The notes under the pieces are model-generated. The model was given only the letters and a program-made list of their open reading frames with translations, was not told where the DNA came from and ran no database searches. From positions 62,001 to 117,186 of the forward strand of contig CAUYUJ010000179.1 in NCBI GenBank assembly GCA_963575745.1: DNA of 55,186 bases, written 5' to 3'. This stretch comes from Prorocentrum cordatum (lineage: Eukaryota). Both the position numbers and the translations under genes were made by a program. Of the stretch, positions 23,512-40,280 are shown one piece after another (position 1 is the first letter of the stretch; each line of letters opens with the position of its first letter).

Positions 23512-24396
23512 GTTAGTTTCATTGCTGCGCTCACTCCGCCAGCCCATGCTGTATCACCGCTGGCACTTACCTGTGTGATCGCGGGGGCTCAGAAGTCGGT
23601 GGGTCACGAGCTTTTCCCTGGGCTGTCGCGTGAACATTGCTTGGAAGAGAAGTATTGGCAGGGTAGTTGCAAGGCAACGCTCAATGAAGCACCCCCATCG
23701 AAGTTCCGTCGGTGCATCCTGTCGCGGTGCCCAGGTTATGGGTCAGAGGCGTTATGGATGCCTCGCGGCTTCTCTTGGGATGCTTCTCGGGGGGCCTCTT
23801 GGAGGCCTGCGTATTCGGGGCCTCTTGGGGCCTCTTGGGCCCCCCCCCTGATTGGGGGCCTCTTGGGGCCCTGAGGGCTTCTGGGGACCTCGTGAGGCCT
23901 CTTGGGGGCTTCTGGGGGGCTCGTGGGTCCTGCTGGCGGTCTCGGATGCCCCCTTGGGGACCTCTTTGAGATTTCTTGGGCCGTCTTAAGGCTCTCTTGG
24001 GAGCCTCTGGAGCCGTCTTGGAGCGATCTCGGAGGCCTCTTGGGCCGTCTTGAGAAAACGCGAGGGCTCAAATGTTTCAATTTTGCGTCGTGAGGCTCTC
24101 TTTCGGGTCCTCTTGGACCGTCTTGGGTGTCTCTTGGGCCGTCTTGAACTCATCTTGCGCTCTGGTGACGTCTCGGGGCCCTTGAAGCTCCCTTGGGGCG
24201 CTCCTGGGGCTTTAGTGGGTGTCCAGAAGCCAGCGCCCAGGAGTTCCGGCATCTCTGAACCGACCTTGCTAGGACCTTGCCGGGACCTGGGCGAGTCTTC
24301 TTCCCCCAGGGGCCGCTGCGCGCACGATCTCGTAACATACAGATACTCTGGAACTCCTACCAGAGATTCTAGCACGCCTTTGGCCCGTTGGGCCAG
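23512..24396 (+). other. 885-nt insertion absent from paralogue 1; candidate GT-AG intron derived from a family A-like element
   Basis: GC|gttagt...ggccag|C GAC TTT TTG CTC GAG gives QQADFLLED versus QQALLLLED in paralogue 1 (same length). The interior has ggcctcttgg cargo; the right end has cacgcc and the palindrome tggccc-gtt-gggcca. Confidence 0.7.
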
Positions 24397-25489
24397 CGAC
24401 TTTTTGCTCGAGGACATTCGCGAGGCGAACTTAGAGCAGGACGTCATAAGCTTCGTTGTTGGAGTCAGCGCGTGTGCGAAGGGCGGTCAGTGGCAGCAGG
24501 CGTTGATGTTACTCAGGGACATGGAGGAAGCAAACTTTGAGCCTGATTTTATCAGCCACAGTGCCGCCATGAGCGCGTGTGGGAGATGTGGGCAGTGGCG
24601 GCAGGCGCTCTTGCTTCTCAGAAAGTTATTGGGGGCGGGGCTGCGGCCAGATGTCATCGGCTTCAATGCCGCGATAAGTGCGTGCGAGAAGGGAGAGCAA
24701 TGGCAGCAGGCCCTGTTGCTCCTTAGAGAAGTCGGTGAATTCAAGCTCGAGCTGAACGCCATTGGGTGCAGCGCTGGAATCACTGCGTGCGGGAAATGTG
24801 GACAGTGGCAGCACGCCTTGTCGCTGCTTGGCGAGATGCGGGAGGCGAGGTTGGAGCCCAATGTCTTCGGCTACAATGCTGCAGTCAGCGCGTGTGCGGA
24901 AGGCGAACAGTGGCAGCAGGCGTTGTTGTTGCTCAGCGAGATTTTAGAGGCGAAGCTGGAAGCGGACGTCATTGGCTGCAGCGCTGGGGTCAGCGCGTGC
25001 GGGAATGGCAGAGCTTGGCAGCAGGGTTTGTCGCTGCTTCGCCACATGCGGGGAGCACAGTTGGAGCTGGGCGTTGTCAGCTACAGCGCTGGAATCAGCG
25101 CGTGTGAAAATGCCGGGGAGTGGCAGCAGGCGGTGATATTGCTCAGGGAGATGGGCGAAGTGAGAGTGCAGGCCAACGTGGCAAGTTACGGCGCGGGAAT
25201 CAGCGCGTGCGAGAAGGGGGGCCAGTGGCAGCACGTGCTTTCGTTGATCAGGGAAGCTTACTCTCTGGTTGACGTCGGCTGTGTGAACGTTGGAATCCAA
25301 GCGTGCGGCAGAGACGGGCACTGGCAGCAGGCGCTGATGCTACTCAGCCAGCTGCGGGCGCTGCGTCTGGAGCCTGACGTCGTCAGCTACAGTGCTGGAG
25401 TGAGCGCGTGCGGGAACGGCGGGCAGTGGCAGCGCGCGTTAGGATTGCTACTTGATATGGTGGAGGCGAAGGTGGAGCCAGACGCCATC
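24397..25489 (+). CDS. PPR protein paralogue 2, coding segment 2 (10 PPR motifs)
   Basis: PPR portion of ORF 24050..26026, colinear with paralogue 1 from LLED to VEPDAI. Confidence 0.95.
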
Positions 25490-25490
25490 A

Positions 25491-25693
25491 TTCGGAGAGC
25501 AAAAGGCTGCGTAAACATAATTTCTCGGAGGTCCACGCCGATTTCTTGGATCGGCACTGGGGCCCCCCTGGCGGCGCCTCTGGTGGCGCCCCTGGCGCGC
25601 TCTGCGCGCCAGGGTGGGGGGTCCAGCGCAGATCCAAGAAATCCGCGCGGACCTCCGAGAAATTATGCTTGGGCAGTTCCTCATTGCTTAAGT
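25491..25693. mobile_element. MITE-like fold-back element at the exon/intron junction of PPR2
   Basis: Perfect 19-bp IR cataatttctcggaggtcc (25516-25534) / ggacctccgagaaattatg (25649-25667), a 13-bp inner IR gatttcttggatc / gatccaagaaatc, and imperfect outer arms. Absent from paralogue 1. Confidence 0.85.
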
Positions 25694-25852
25694 TACAGGG
25701 AGCCTGAAGGGATAGGCTCAAACACCCTGATTAGTCTTCGATCCCTAGCATCTGCATCCTGGGGGAGCTTGGGGGCTGGGTGGTGGGGGACGGGGAGATG
25801 CAGGAAGCTCAGGCCGCTTCTGTCGCCCGCTCCTTCTGGCCCCTCATGTCAG

Positions 25853-26480
25853 CTTCAATGCTGGAGTCAGCGCGTGCCAGAAAGGCCGCGTTTGGAGACA
25901 TGCGCTGTGGCTCCTGAGAGAAATATGCGAGGTGCATTTGGAGCCCGACATCACGGGCTACAGCGCTGCAATCAGCTCCTGCGAGAAAGCCGGGCACTGG
26001 CAGCAGGCGTTGTTGCTGCTCTTTGAATCGATGGAGCGGAAGCTGGAGCCGAACGAAATTAGCTACAGCGCTGGAGTCGGCGCGTGCGGAGCCAGCGGGC
26101 AGTGGCAGCAGGCGCTGTCTCTGCTCAGGGACATGCGTGACGCCAGGCTGTCGAACGCCTTCGGCCACGGTGCCGGGATCCGCGCGTGCGGGAGCGCCCA
26201 CGTGTGGTCGCGGGCGATCTCGCTGCTCGGGGAGGCGGAGGCGCTGAGCTTGGAGCCGGACGTCATCTGCTACAGCGCCGGGGTCAGCGCATGCGAGGAC
26301 GGCATGCAGTGGCAGCACGCGCTGTCGCTGCTCGACGGGGTGTCGCGGGCGAGGCTCGGGCCAGACCTCATCTGCTGCAGCGCCGGGATCGGCGCGTGCG
26401 CAGTCTGCGGGAGGTGGCAGCGTGCGCTGTCGCTGCTCTGCGGGATTCGGGAGGCGGAGCTGGCGCCCAACGCGCTAAGC
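25853..26480 (+). CDS. PPR protein paralogue 2, coding segment 3 (6 PPR motifs)
   Basis: After the acceptor tgtcag|, FNAGVSACQKGRVWRHALWLL continues into ORF 25932..26483. Colinear with paralogue 1 segment 3. Confidence 0.92.
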
Positions 26481-26529
26481 TGATGTGTGGGCATGGGGGT
26501 GGATGAAGGTGGGGGGAGCGGGGGGGATG

Positions 26530-26695
26530 GGAGGAGGAGGAGGAGGAGGAGGAGGAGGAGGAGGAGGAGGAGGAGGAGGATGACGAGGAGGAGGAGGAGG
26601 AGGAGGAAGAGGAGGAGGAGGAGGAGGAGGAGGAGGAGGGGGAGGAGGGGGAGGAGGGGGGGGACGAGGCGGCGGAGGGGGAGGAGGATGAGGAC
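26530..26695. repeat. (GAG)n microsatellite
   Basis: Direct reading. Confidence 0.95.
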
Positions 26696-26916
26696 GACCG
26701 TGGTCGATCGCAACCACTTCGGTTCGATCGCAACCACTTGGGGCGGATTCCAACCGTATGCGACTGGCCGAAGTGGGTGCGACGTTTAGGGTTCGCTTAC
26801 ACATTGTTTCGATTAGCAGAGGCTCTCCACGAGAGCTTCTGGAATGGGTGGGCAGCCTTACGCTCATCGATGGAAGTTTCATAAAGTGGTGGCGATCGGG
26901 CCGATCGCAGACCACG

Positions 26917-31930
<5,014 letters not shown>

Positions 31931-31989
31931 GTCCTCGTTTTCCTCGTTCTCCACCTTCTCTTCGCGTTCCCGTCATGTCCTTCCTCCTT

Positions 31990-32220
31990 TTCGGAAGCTC
32001 CTCAGAAGCGCCTCAGAAGCTGCTCGGACGCTCCTCAGAAGCCCCTCAGAAGGTTCTCAGAAACTCATCGGAAGCTGTTCGGACGCTCCTCATAAGCTCC
32101 ATAGTGGCTCCCCACAAGCTCTTCAGAAGCTCCTCAAAAGCGCTTCAGTGTTCAGAGGCGCTTCGGAGGCGCTTCAGAAGCGCTTCAGAAGCTCATGGGA
32201 AGCGTTTCGGAGGCTCTGCA
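31990..32220. repeat. Degenerate 11-bp minisatellite (gctcctcagaa)
   Basis: agctcctcagaagcgcctcagaagctgctcgga... Confidence 0.8.
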
Positions 32221-33029
32221 GAGGTTGTAATCCGGTTGTAATCCGGTGTCCGTCTGGTAGATTTCGTATAGGATTTTTTCGCGTTGCGGTCGGCCCCTGT
32301 TCGGTGGTTGGAATCCGCCCCAGGTAGTCGGTGCACGGCCCGAAGTGGTTGCAACCGGCCTTCTTCCCGAGGATGAGTAGGAGGTGGAGGAGGAAGAATG
32401 ATTATTAGTTGCCTTCGCTCCAACTTGCCACCGTGCCCAGGTTGTGGGTCATCGGGTTCCCTGGGGGGTGTCAGTTGGGTCATGTCGATGAATGCCTTTC
32501 GGAGTCTGTGAGGATGCCTTTCGGGGGCCTCTCAGGGGTATGTTGGGGACTTCTTGGACCTCTTGGTGACTCGGGGGCCGCTTGGGGGCCGCTTAGGGGG
32601 CCTCTTGGAGGCCTGTTGGGAGCCTTTTGGGACCTCTTAGGCGCCTCTTGGGGCATTGGGGACTCTCTTTGGAGCGTTTTGGGACGTATTGGTGCCATCC
32701 AGGAGGCAATCGATCAACGGAAAGGGGGGCCTCAATCAACATCGCCCTCCCCCCCCCGCCCCAGGAACCCCAAAGGGGCCTACCACTTTAGGACAATCGG
32801 TGATTTGTGCCTTCTCGGCGCTGCCTTCTTGGACGCTTTGACCGCTCTCCGCTTCCCCTCCAGGTGTGGGGGGTCGGGGGAGGAGTCAAGACACTTCCTG
32901 CCCACAAAGGCGCAAACCGCCTCGCTCACTCCCGCCCGCCCTCCCAACACGGATATACATATACAGATATGTATATAGTTGTATATAATGTGTGTATGTG
33001 TAGCACCCGGTTATCCCTTTAACAAACAA

Positions 33030-33860
33030 TTCAAAGTGGTCGCGGGGCGCCCGCGCATGCTTCAGATTAGGTGGCAGCGTGCACTTTAGATTGTGCTTTA
33101 ATTGGGATGGTTGGTCTGCGCACAGCAAGCTATACGAGGGCACCCCCGCTGTCGCCGGTCAAAAACCACTGCAAAGTGGTCGCGGGCGCCCGCGCATGTT
33201 CCAAGGGTGCGGTGTTTTGTTTTTTGTCAGGGATGGTTTTCCTGCACCCAACAATCGATATGTATGAAGGCACCCCCGCCCTCCATGACAAACACCACTG
33301 AAACGTGGTCGCGGGGCACCAGCGCATGCTCCAGACTCGGAGGGGCAGTTTATTTTGAATTGCTTATTGATGGGGATGTTTGTCTTGCGCGCAGCAAGCA
33401 ATATGAATGCACTCCGCCGTTCCTTTCAACAACTAATGCGAAAGTGTCGTGGAGCGCCCGGGCAGGCTCCATATTTGAAGTTTTTTTGTTCCCAATTTGT
33501 AGGTATGTGTGTATATATATAGTTGTGTATACATATTTACATGTATGTATCTATATATAATATGAAAATGGAGTAGACTGCTAGTCGTGTCTTTGTGTGT
33601 CTGTTCATAAGGAACAGTGATCCAATTTCCCCACCCCGAAGGACGGCCCTTTCGCCCAATTCCATTCGTCTTCCCATCACACAAGTAACTCGAATGTCAG
33701 TATGGGGAGGGGCCGCCATCGACCATGATCGGTAACCAACGCAGACGCCAGCCAGGTGCACGACGCCCGCGAGATGCGCCGCGCGTGACAGGGCACCCCA
33801 ATAAGCCATTTCAATTAACAATGCGAAGTGATCGCGGGGCTCCCGCGCAAGACCATTGCG
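33030..33860. repeat. Degenerate ~135-bp repeat (aagtggtcgcggggcgcccgcgcatg), resuming at ~36850-37010
   Basis: Motif at ~33033, 33174, 33302, 33441 and 33826, and again at ~36850 and 36978. Confidence 0.7.
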
Positions 33861-34149
33861 GGAAAATATATTCTCCAACCAGTGTGTGCACTAAGGGTAT
33901 CTTATTTCTATTCTACGGTACTTGGCCGTGCCTTCGGTCTGGCGGTTATGCGGCCACCGTCGCCGCCCCGTCGCCGCCTCGTCGCCGCCTCGTCGCCGCC
34001 TTCCGTCTGGATCGTGTCTTCGGTCTGGCGGCTATGTCGCCGCCGTCGCTGCCCCGTCACGCCTCGTCGCCGCCTCGCACAAATTGTACTGCATAAGTTT
34101 TCCTTTCCCAAAAACGAATACGATCGCCCCCCCCGGGTTTAAGTTGCAA

Positions 34150-36380
34150 TCTACATATGATTCTGTCCCATCGTCCATCTCAAATACGAACTCGTACCAT
34201 CCCAGCCCAGCCGGTCCCCCCAACACCAAGCATTCATCGCAGTCGCTTCCGCATGGGGTTTGCAAACCAAGTTGCGGGTGGGTGGGTGGGATGTTTGCGC
34301 GAGCAGTGGAGTGGACAATTTCGAGTCGAGCATTGGTGGATTGCGCCGCATAGATTCTCTTTTCTAAGAGGAGAATAGACTACCCCCCTGGGATTATAGT
34401 TTTTTTTGTATTGTGTTTTTTTGTGATGTTTTTTTTGTTGTTTGTTGTTTTAGTTGTTTTTTTGTGTGTTTTTGCTCTCGTATGGCAATTTACTTGTGAT
34501 GCTGCCCCATCGTCCATCCTAAATATGAACTCGTACCATCCCAGCCAGTATCGACCCCCCCCCGCCATTCTCTGCAACAAATTCTGGGCGAGCGCACTCG
34601 TTTATCAAAAACCGTCAATTTTCAAACATCCCTTGCAGCAGCTGGGACGAAGTGCACACGCACGCGTCGTCGCGTGCGCATGCCGAATTCCTGCAAAAAC
34701 CGTCGTTTTCGTAAGGAGTTCAAAATCGAGTGTCCACAACATAAAAGCATATGGTTTCGCAACACGGATTTTCAGAAAAAAACTTGCGCGTGCGTTCTTG
34801 CCAAATCTTCGGGGACCATGTTTTTTTTTCAACATTTGCGTAACATGCTACCAAACGGGCCTCGCGCACGCGTATGCCCGCCGAAATCCTTCGAACGCCC
34901 TTGCGCGCGTGCTGGGTTTGCACGATCCGTGCCAAATAACACCATGCGGGCCACTCTCGCGCGTCTGCCTCGCGCGCATTTCGAAAAACCTTCATCACCG
35001 ACACGAAGACGCCGTCATCGTCGTCGGCGTGGTCAGTATCGGCGGCGTCACTGGCTGCCCCGTCGTCGCTGTCATCATCGTCGCCAGCATCGCTACTATC
35101 ATCATCGTGTGTACCGCTGTCCACGTTGCCACGATACCGCGCCCACCCAGGTCGCCGACTCGCATTGAAGTGCCCGCTGGGCTGTGCCGAGCGGTCATCG
35201 CCACCGCGTTCGCGTCGGTCGCGCCAAGCTAGCTGGCCGCTGCGCGCGCGAGCATGCGCGGTCTAGCGCGGCCGCATAGATGCACCAGCCAACACCAAGC
35301 ACTCATCGCAGTCGCTTCCGCATGGGGTTCGCAAACCGAGTTGCGGGTGTTTGGGTGGGATGTTTGCGCGAGCAGTGGAGTGGACAATTTCTAGCCGAGC
35401 ATTGGTGGATTGCGCCGCATATATTCTCTTTTTCTAAGAGGAGAATAGACTCTACCCCCTGGGATTATCGGTTTCGTTTTTTCCGTGTGGCAAATTATTT
35501 GTGATGTTGCCCCCATCGTCCATCCTAAATATGAACTCGTACCATCCCAGCCATGCCAATATCGACCCCCCCCCGCCATTCTCTGCAACACATACTATGC
35601 GCGCGCACTTGTTTACCACCCATCACAAGTTTACAAGGTCTTCTTGCAACACATTGGACGAAGTGCATATGTGCGCGTTGTCGCGAGCACATTCCGAAAT
35701 CTTTCAAAGACCTTCGGTTGCGTAGTACTCGAGTGTCCACAACACATTAAACAACAACGCATGGTTCCGCAACGCGGGTTTTCAACACGAGCTTGCGCGC
35801 TCTTGCGAACTCGTGAAAGAACAGTCGTTTTTTTGTGTTTCAAATCGTGCTGCCAAGCGGGCTTCGCGCGCGCATGTCGAAATCGTTCGAACGCCCTTGC
35901 GCGCGTGCTGGGATGGCACGCTCCGTGTCAACTAGCACCATGCGGGCCACGCGCGCGTCTGCTGCGCGCGCATTCCGAAAACCTTCACCACCGACGCGAA
36001 GACGCCGTCATCGCCGTTGGCTTGGTCATCATCGACGGCGTCACTGGCTGCCCCGTCGTCGCTGCCATCATCGTCGCCAGTATCGCTATTATCATCGTGT
36101 GTACCGTCGTCGACGTTGTCATGATGCCGCGCCCGCCCAATTCGCCGACTCGCATTGAAGTGCCCGCTGGGATGTGCCGAGCGGTCAGCGCCACCGCGTT
36201 CGCGTCGGTCGCGCCAAACTAGCTGGCCGCTGCGCGCGCGAGCATACGCGGGCTAGCGCTGCCGCAAAGATGCACCAGCCAACGCCAAACACTCATCGCA
36301 GTCGCTTCCGCATGGGGTTTTGCAAACCAAGTTGCGGGCGGGTGGGTGGGGCGATTGCGCGAGCAGTGGAGTTGACAACG
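34150..36380. repeat. Tandem ~1.0-1.07-kb repeat, two full copies plus a partial third
   Basis: tcatcgcagtcgcttccgcatgggg at ~34234, 35303 and 36293. The paralogous ORF tails at 34411 and 35485 both end in ...SPTRIEVPAG.CRAV.ATAFASVAP. Confidence 0.92.
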
Positions 36381-36399
36381 TCCAGTTTGTCAAGTGAAC

Positions 36400-36730
36400 T
36401 GCACCGCGTAGGTAGCGCCGCACATATCGCGCCTCGTATATTGCATCGCGTATTTTGCGCAACATCTATTGCACCACATATATTGCACGACGTAGGTTGC
36501 AGCACATACATTTCACATCATATATTGCGCCAGCTATACTGCCCCACGCAAGTTGCACAACATATTGTACCACGTTGATTACACAACATAAACCGCGAAT
36601 CCTGTATCGCACCACCTGGGGTGCACCGCGCAGGCCACACATTTTGAACAACATATGATGTATCGCACACATGGTATCACATAGATTGCGCAACATAGTT
36701 TGCTCCGCGCATATTGCACGGCATGCTAGA
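36400..36730. repeat. Degenerate atattgcac-type short-period repeat
   Basis: Recurrent tattgcac/tatcgcac/catatattgc motifs. Confidence 0.7.
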
Positions 36731-37147
36731 CGCACTGTTTGGGGTTCGCGCTGGCTAATGTTGAAAATTCTTTTTGGCAAGGGTGATGGGCCTGTTCGCA
36801 ACAGGAATTCTGCTGGCCCCCCCTTGCGTCCCTGGCAACAGCAATTTCACGTGATCGCTCGGTCCCCGCGCATGATCCAGATTTTACCGCATACTATTTT
36901 TTGTTCACAAGAATGGTTGGAATGTGATGGCATTGCACACCGCAGGCAAAATGCCGCCCCCAACAACACCAATGCAACGTGATCGCGGGGCGACCGCGCG
37001 TGATCCAGATACTGGTTCAAAGTGCCTTTTCTATTTTTTCGTGCAAGGGATGGTGGGCGGTGTTGGCGTTTGCACACATTGAGAAATATGCCGCCCCATG
37101 CCCTCCGTATGATCTAGCTTTTGGTTTACAGTTGACTTCGTATGTGT

Positions 37148-38753
37148 TTTTCCCAACCCTCCTGCGTTGGGTTCTCGTTTTGAATAGAGCACTGTGGTCT
37201 CCACTCCTCCCGCTCCCTCTCCTCCTCTCTTCGTTCCTGCTCTCCTCTCTTGCTTCCCTTCTCCTCCTCCCTTTGCTCCCCCTCTTGTCTCTTGCCTTTT
37301 ACGTCATCTCTGGGGGGCTGCGATCTGCGGAACTGTCACCACTTTCGAGGGCTGCTGGTGGGTCCAGCGGAGTGAGGCACCACGGGGATTCAGATTAGAC
37401 CTCGCCATCCCTGGGGGGGGGGGCTGCGATCTGTGAAACTGTCGCCACTTTCGAGGGCTGCTGGTGGGTCCAGCGGAGTGAGGCACCACGGGGATTCAGA
37501 TTAGACCTCGCCATCTCTGGGGGGGGGCTGCGATCTGTGAAACTGTCACCACTTTCGAGGGCTGCTGGTGGGTCCAGCGGAGTGAGGCACCACGGGGACT
37601 CAGATTAGACCTCGCCATCCCTGGGGGGCTGCGATCTGTGAAACTGTCGCCACTTTCGAGGGCTGCTGGTGGGTCCAGCGGAGTGAGGCACCACGGGGAC
37701 TCAGATTAGACCTCGCCATCTCTGGGGGGCTGCGATCTGTGAAACTGTCGCCACTTTCGAGGGCTGCTGGTGGGTCCAGCGGAGTGAGGCACCACGGGGG
37801 CTCATATTAGACCTCGCCATCTCTGGGGGGTGCGATCTGTGAAACTGTCGCCACTTTCGAGGCTGCTGGTGGGTCCAGCGGAGTGAGGCACCACGGGGAC
37901 TCAGATTAGACCTCGCCACCCCTGGGCGGCTGCGATCTGTGAAACTGTCGCCACTTTCGAGGGCTGCTGGTGGGTGGCCAGCGGAGTGAGGCACCACGGG
38001 GACTCAGATTCCTGACCACGAGCAATGCTCGCGTGCCCTTGCTCTGCGGTTCGTGCCATCGCTACCGTCCTTCGAGGTTGCCCATCGGGCCCTCTAACAA
38101 ATATATTCACGCATGCTGTCGGCCTGCAGCGCCGTACTGGTGGCTGAAGAAAGGCGCCTGCTCCGCGGTCTTAGCAGCGCGCGGGGCCGAGGCGTAATTG
38201 CCGACGCGCGCAAGCTTGCGCCTTCGCTAACCGCGCTTCCAAGTTGCCTGTCGGGCGCTCTATAACCACAGCCACCGCGGCATCGCAGAATTGGATTTCT
38301 GCTGAAAGAGTTCGAGCTACGCCTCGCTCGTTCCTTGCACTCTAAACAAGTTTTGTCATATGGAACTCTGCGACGGCATGGCGCAGGCAGCGCTGCGTGT
38401 TTAGCTCGCACTTGAAAAACGCGGCAGTCTTCTGTCTCCTCCCGCCACTTTCATCGTCGTCCTATTCCCCGCCTCACCTTCTCCATGCATGCTGCTGCTT
38501 CCGCGATGGCCTTTCGCCCCCCCCGCCCTCCATTCCATCCCTCTCCTGCCCCTCGTTCCCGTGCCCGTTCTTCTTCGATCCTGGGGCCTCAATCCTCGTT
38601 CTTTCGATCCTCGTCTTGTGAATCGTGCGACGCATGCGCATCCCATGTAGCTTGCACAGCAAATCGCCGCGTCTACACTGTCGTTGTTCCTGCTAATGCT
38701 GGCATAGTCCTCTTGCCATTTGATGCACGTGGGTTGGGTACGTCGCAGGGTAA
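37148..38753 (+). mobile_element. Family B (HINE/Helentron-like) element B1 carrying ~7 copies of a ~101-bp satellite
   Basis: 5' ttttcccaaccctcctgcgttgggttctcgttttgaa, CT-rich tract, satellite at 37305-38010, 3' gggttgggtacgtcgcagggtaa. Confidence 0.75.
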
Positions 38754-39672
38754 TTTCCCTACCCTCCTTGGTTGGGTATTCGTTTTGTATAGACCACAGT
38801 GGTCGCGTCCCTCCTTCTTCTCCCACCTCCCGCCTCCCGCCTCCTGTCTCCCGCGAAACCTCGCCGTCCCTGGGGGGGGGGCTGCGATCTGCGGAACTGT
38901 TGCCACTTTCGAGGGCTGCTGGTGGGTCCTGCGGAGTGAGGCACCGCGGGGATCGAGGTAGACCTCGCCGTCCCTGGGGGGCTGCGATCTGCGGAACTGT
39001 CGCCACTTTCGAGGGCTGCTGGTGGGTCCTGCGGAGTGAGGCACCGCGGGGATCTGAGGTAGACCTCACCGTCCCTGGGGGGCTGCGATCTGCGAACTTG
39101 TCGCCACTTTCGGGGGCTGCTGGTGGTTCCTGCGCACTGAGGCACCGCGTGGATCTGAGGTAAACCTCGCCGTCCCTGGGGGGCTGCGATCTGCGAACTT
39201 GTCGCCACTTACGGGGGCTGCTGGTGGTTCCTGCGGACTGAGGCGCCGCGGGGATCTGAGGTAGACCTCGCCGTCCCTGGGGGGCTGCGATCTGCAACGC
39301 TGTCGCCACTTTCGAGGGCCGCTGGTGGGCTCGCCACTTTCGAAGGCTGCTGGTGTGTCCAGCGGGGTGAGGCATTGCGCAGACCTGAGCGGGACCTCGT
39401 CGTCCTTGGGCGGCCATGCCATGTTGTTGTTGTTGCCCCGCCGACGTTTCAAGCCCCCTGCTCACAGTCTCCTTTTGGTCCTTGCGTCTTCCTTAGTGAC
39501 TCAGGGGTTCACTTAGTTACTCATCGTTTTTCCCTTGATTGGGGGCCTGCGAACCTTCCGAATGCCGCTCGCAGAAGTGTATGCGTCCATGGCACGTTGC
39601 CGCCTTCTGGTCAGATCTCCCAAGCTACTCCTGCCCCGCATTGCGCAGGGGTTGGGAATGTCGCCAGGGTAA
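38754..39672 (+). mobile_element. Family B element B2, head-to-tail with B1, carrying the ~101-bp satellite
   Basis: 5' tttccctaccctccttggttgggtattcgttttgta, CT tract, satellite at ~38857-39410, 3' gggttgggaatgtcgccagggtaa|ttt. Confidence 0.72.
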
Positions 39673-39971
39673 TTTGCAATGGATGGTGGGTGGGTGTCGT
39701 CATGGTCCGGGGTTTGTCGCCTGTCTGGGGGAGGGGAACATATTTACAAGGAGCAGTGGTAACCCTCTTCCCGAAGGGGAAGAAGTGGCAGAGGAAACGT
39801 CCTAAACCACCTACGCCCCAAAAGGTTGGTGGGATTATACGTGCTATCGATGTGCTGGCACGTGGGCGGCTTCCTCAAAATGGCGTCCCCTGGTCTGTGA
39901 TAGCCCATGGCGCTGAACACGAAGACAGCCGACAGCCATTTGTGGATGACCCACTGGCCAGCCCTCGTCAG

Positions 39972-40280
39972 CTTTACCGCCTGTGCCAGCGCGTGCGAGA
40001 GAGCGGGACAGTGGCAGCACGCTCTGCTGCTGCTCGAGGAATTCGTTGGGGCAGGGTTGGAGCCAGACGCCATCGTCTACAGCTCCGTGCTGGTGGCTTG
40101 CGAGAGGGGTGGGCAGTGGCGGCGGGTGTTGTCGCTGCTCAGAGATATGGTGGAAGCGAGCGTGGACCAGGACGCCACCTGCTTCCGCGCCGGGCTGTGC
40201 GCGTGCGAGGCTGGTGGGCGGCTGCAGGCGCTGTCGCTGCTCAGCGACGTGGACTCGCTCACCGCAGGGTTTCTGTCTCG
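39972..40280 (+). CDS. Isolated PPR exon (3 motifs)
   Basis: FTACASACERAGQWQHALLLLEEFVGAGLEPDAIVYSSVLVACERGGQW..., bounded by cgtcag| and the canonical donor |gtgagt. Confidence 0.85.

Noticed and set aside
24050..26026. 658-aa ORF taken as a single complete protein
   Set aside because: Only ~24397-25489 is PPR. The N- and C-terminal parts are insert, MITE, intron and out-of-frame exon sequence.
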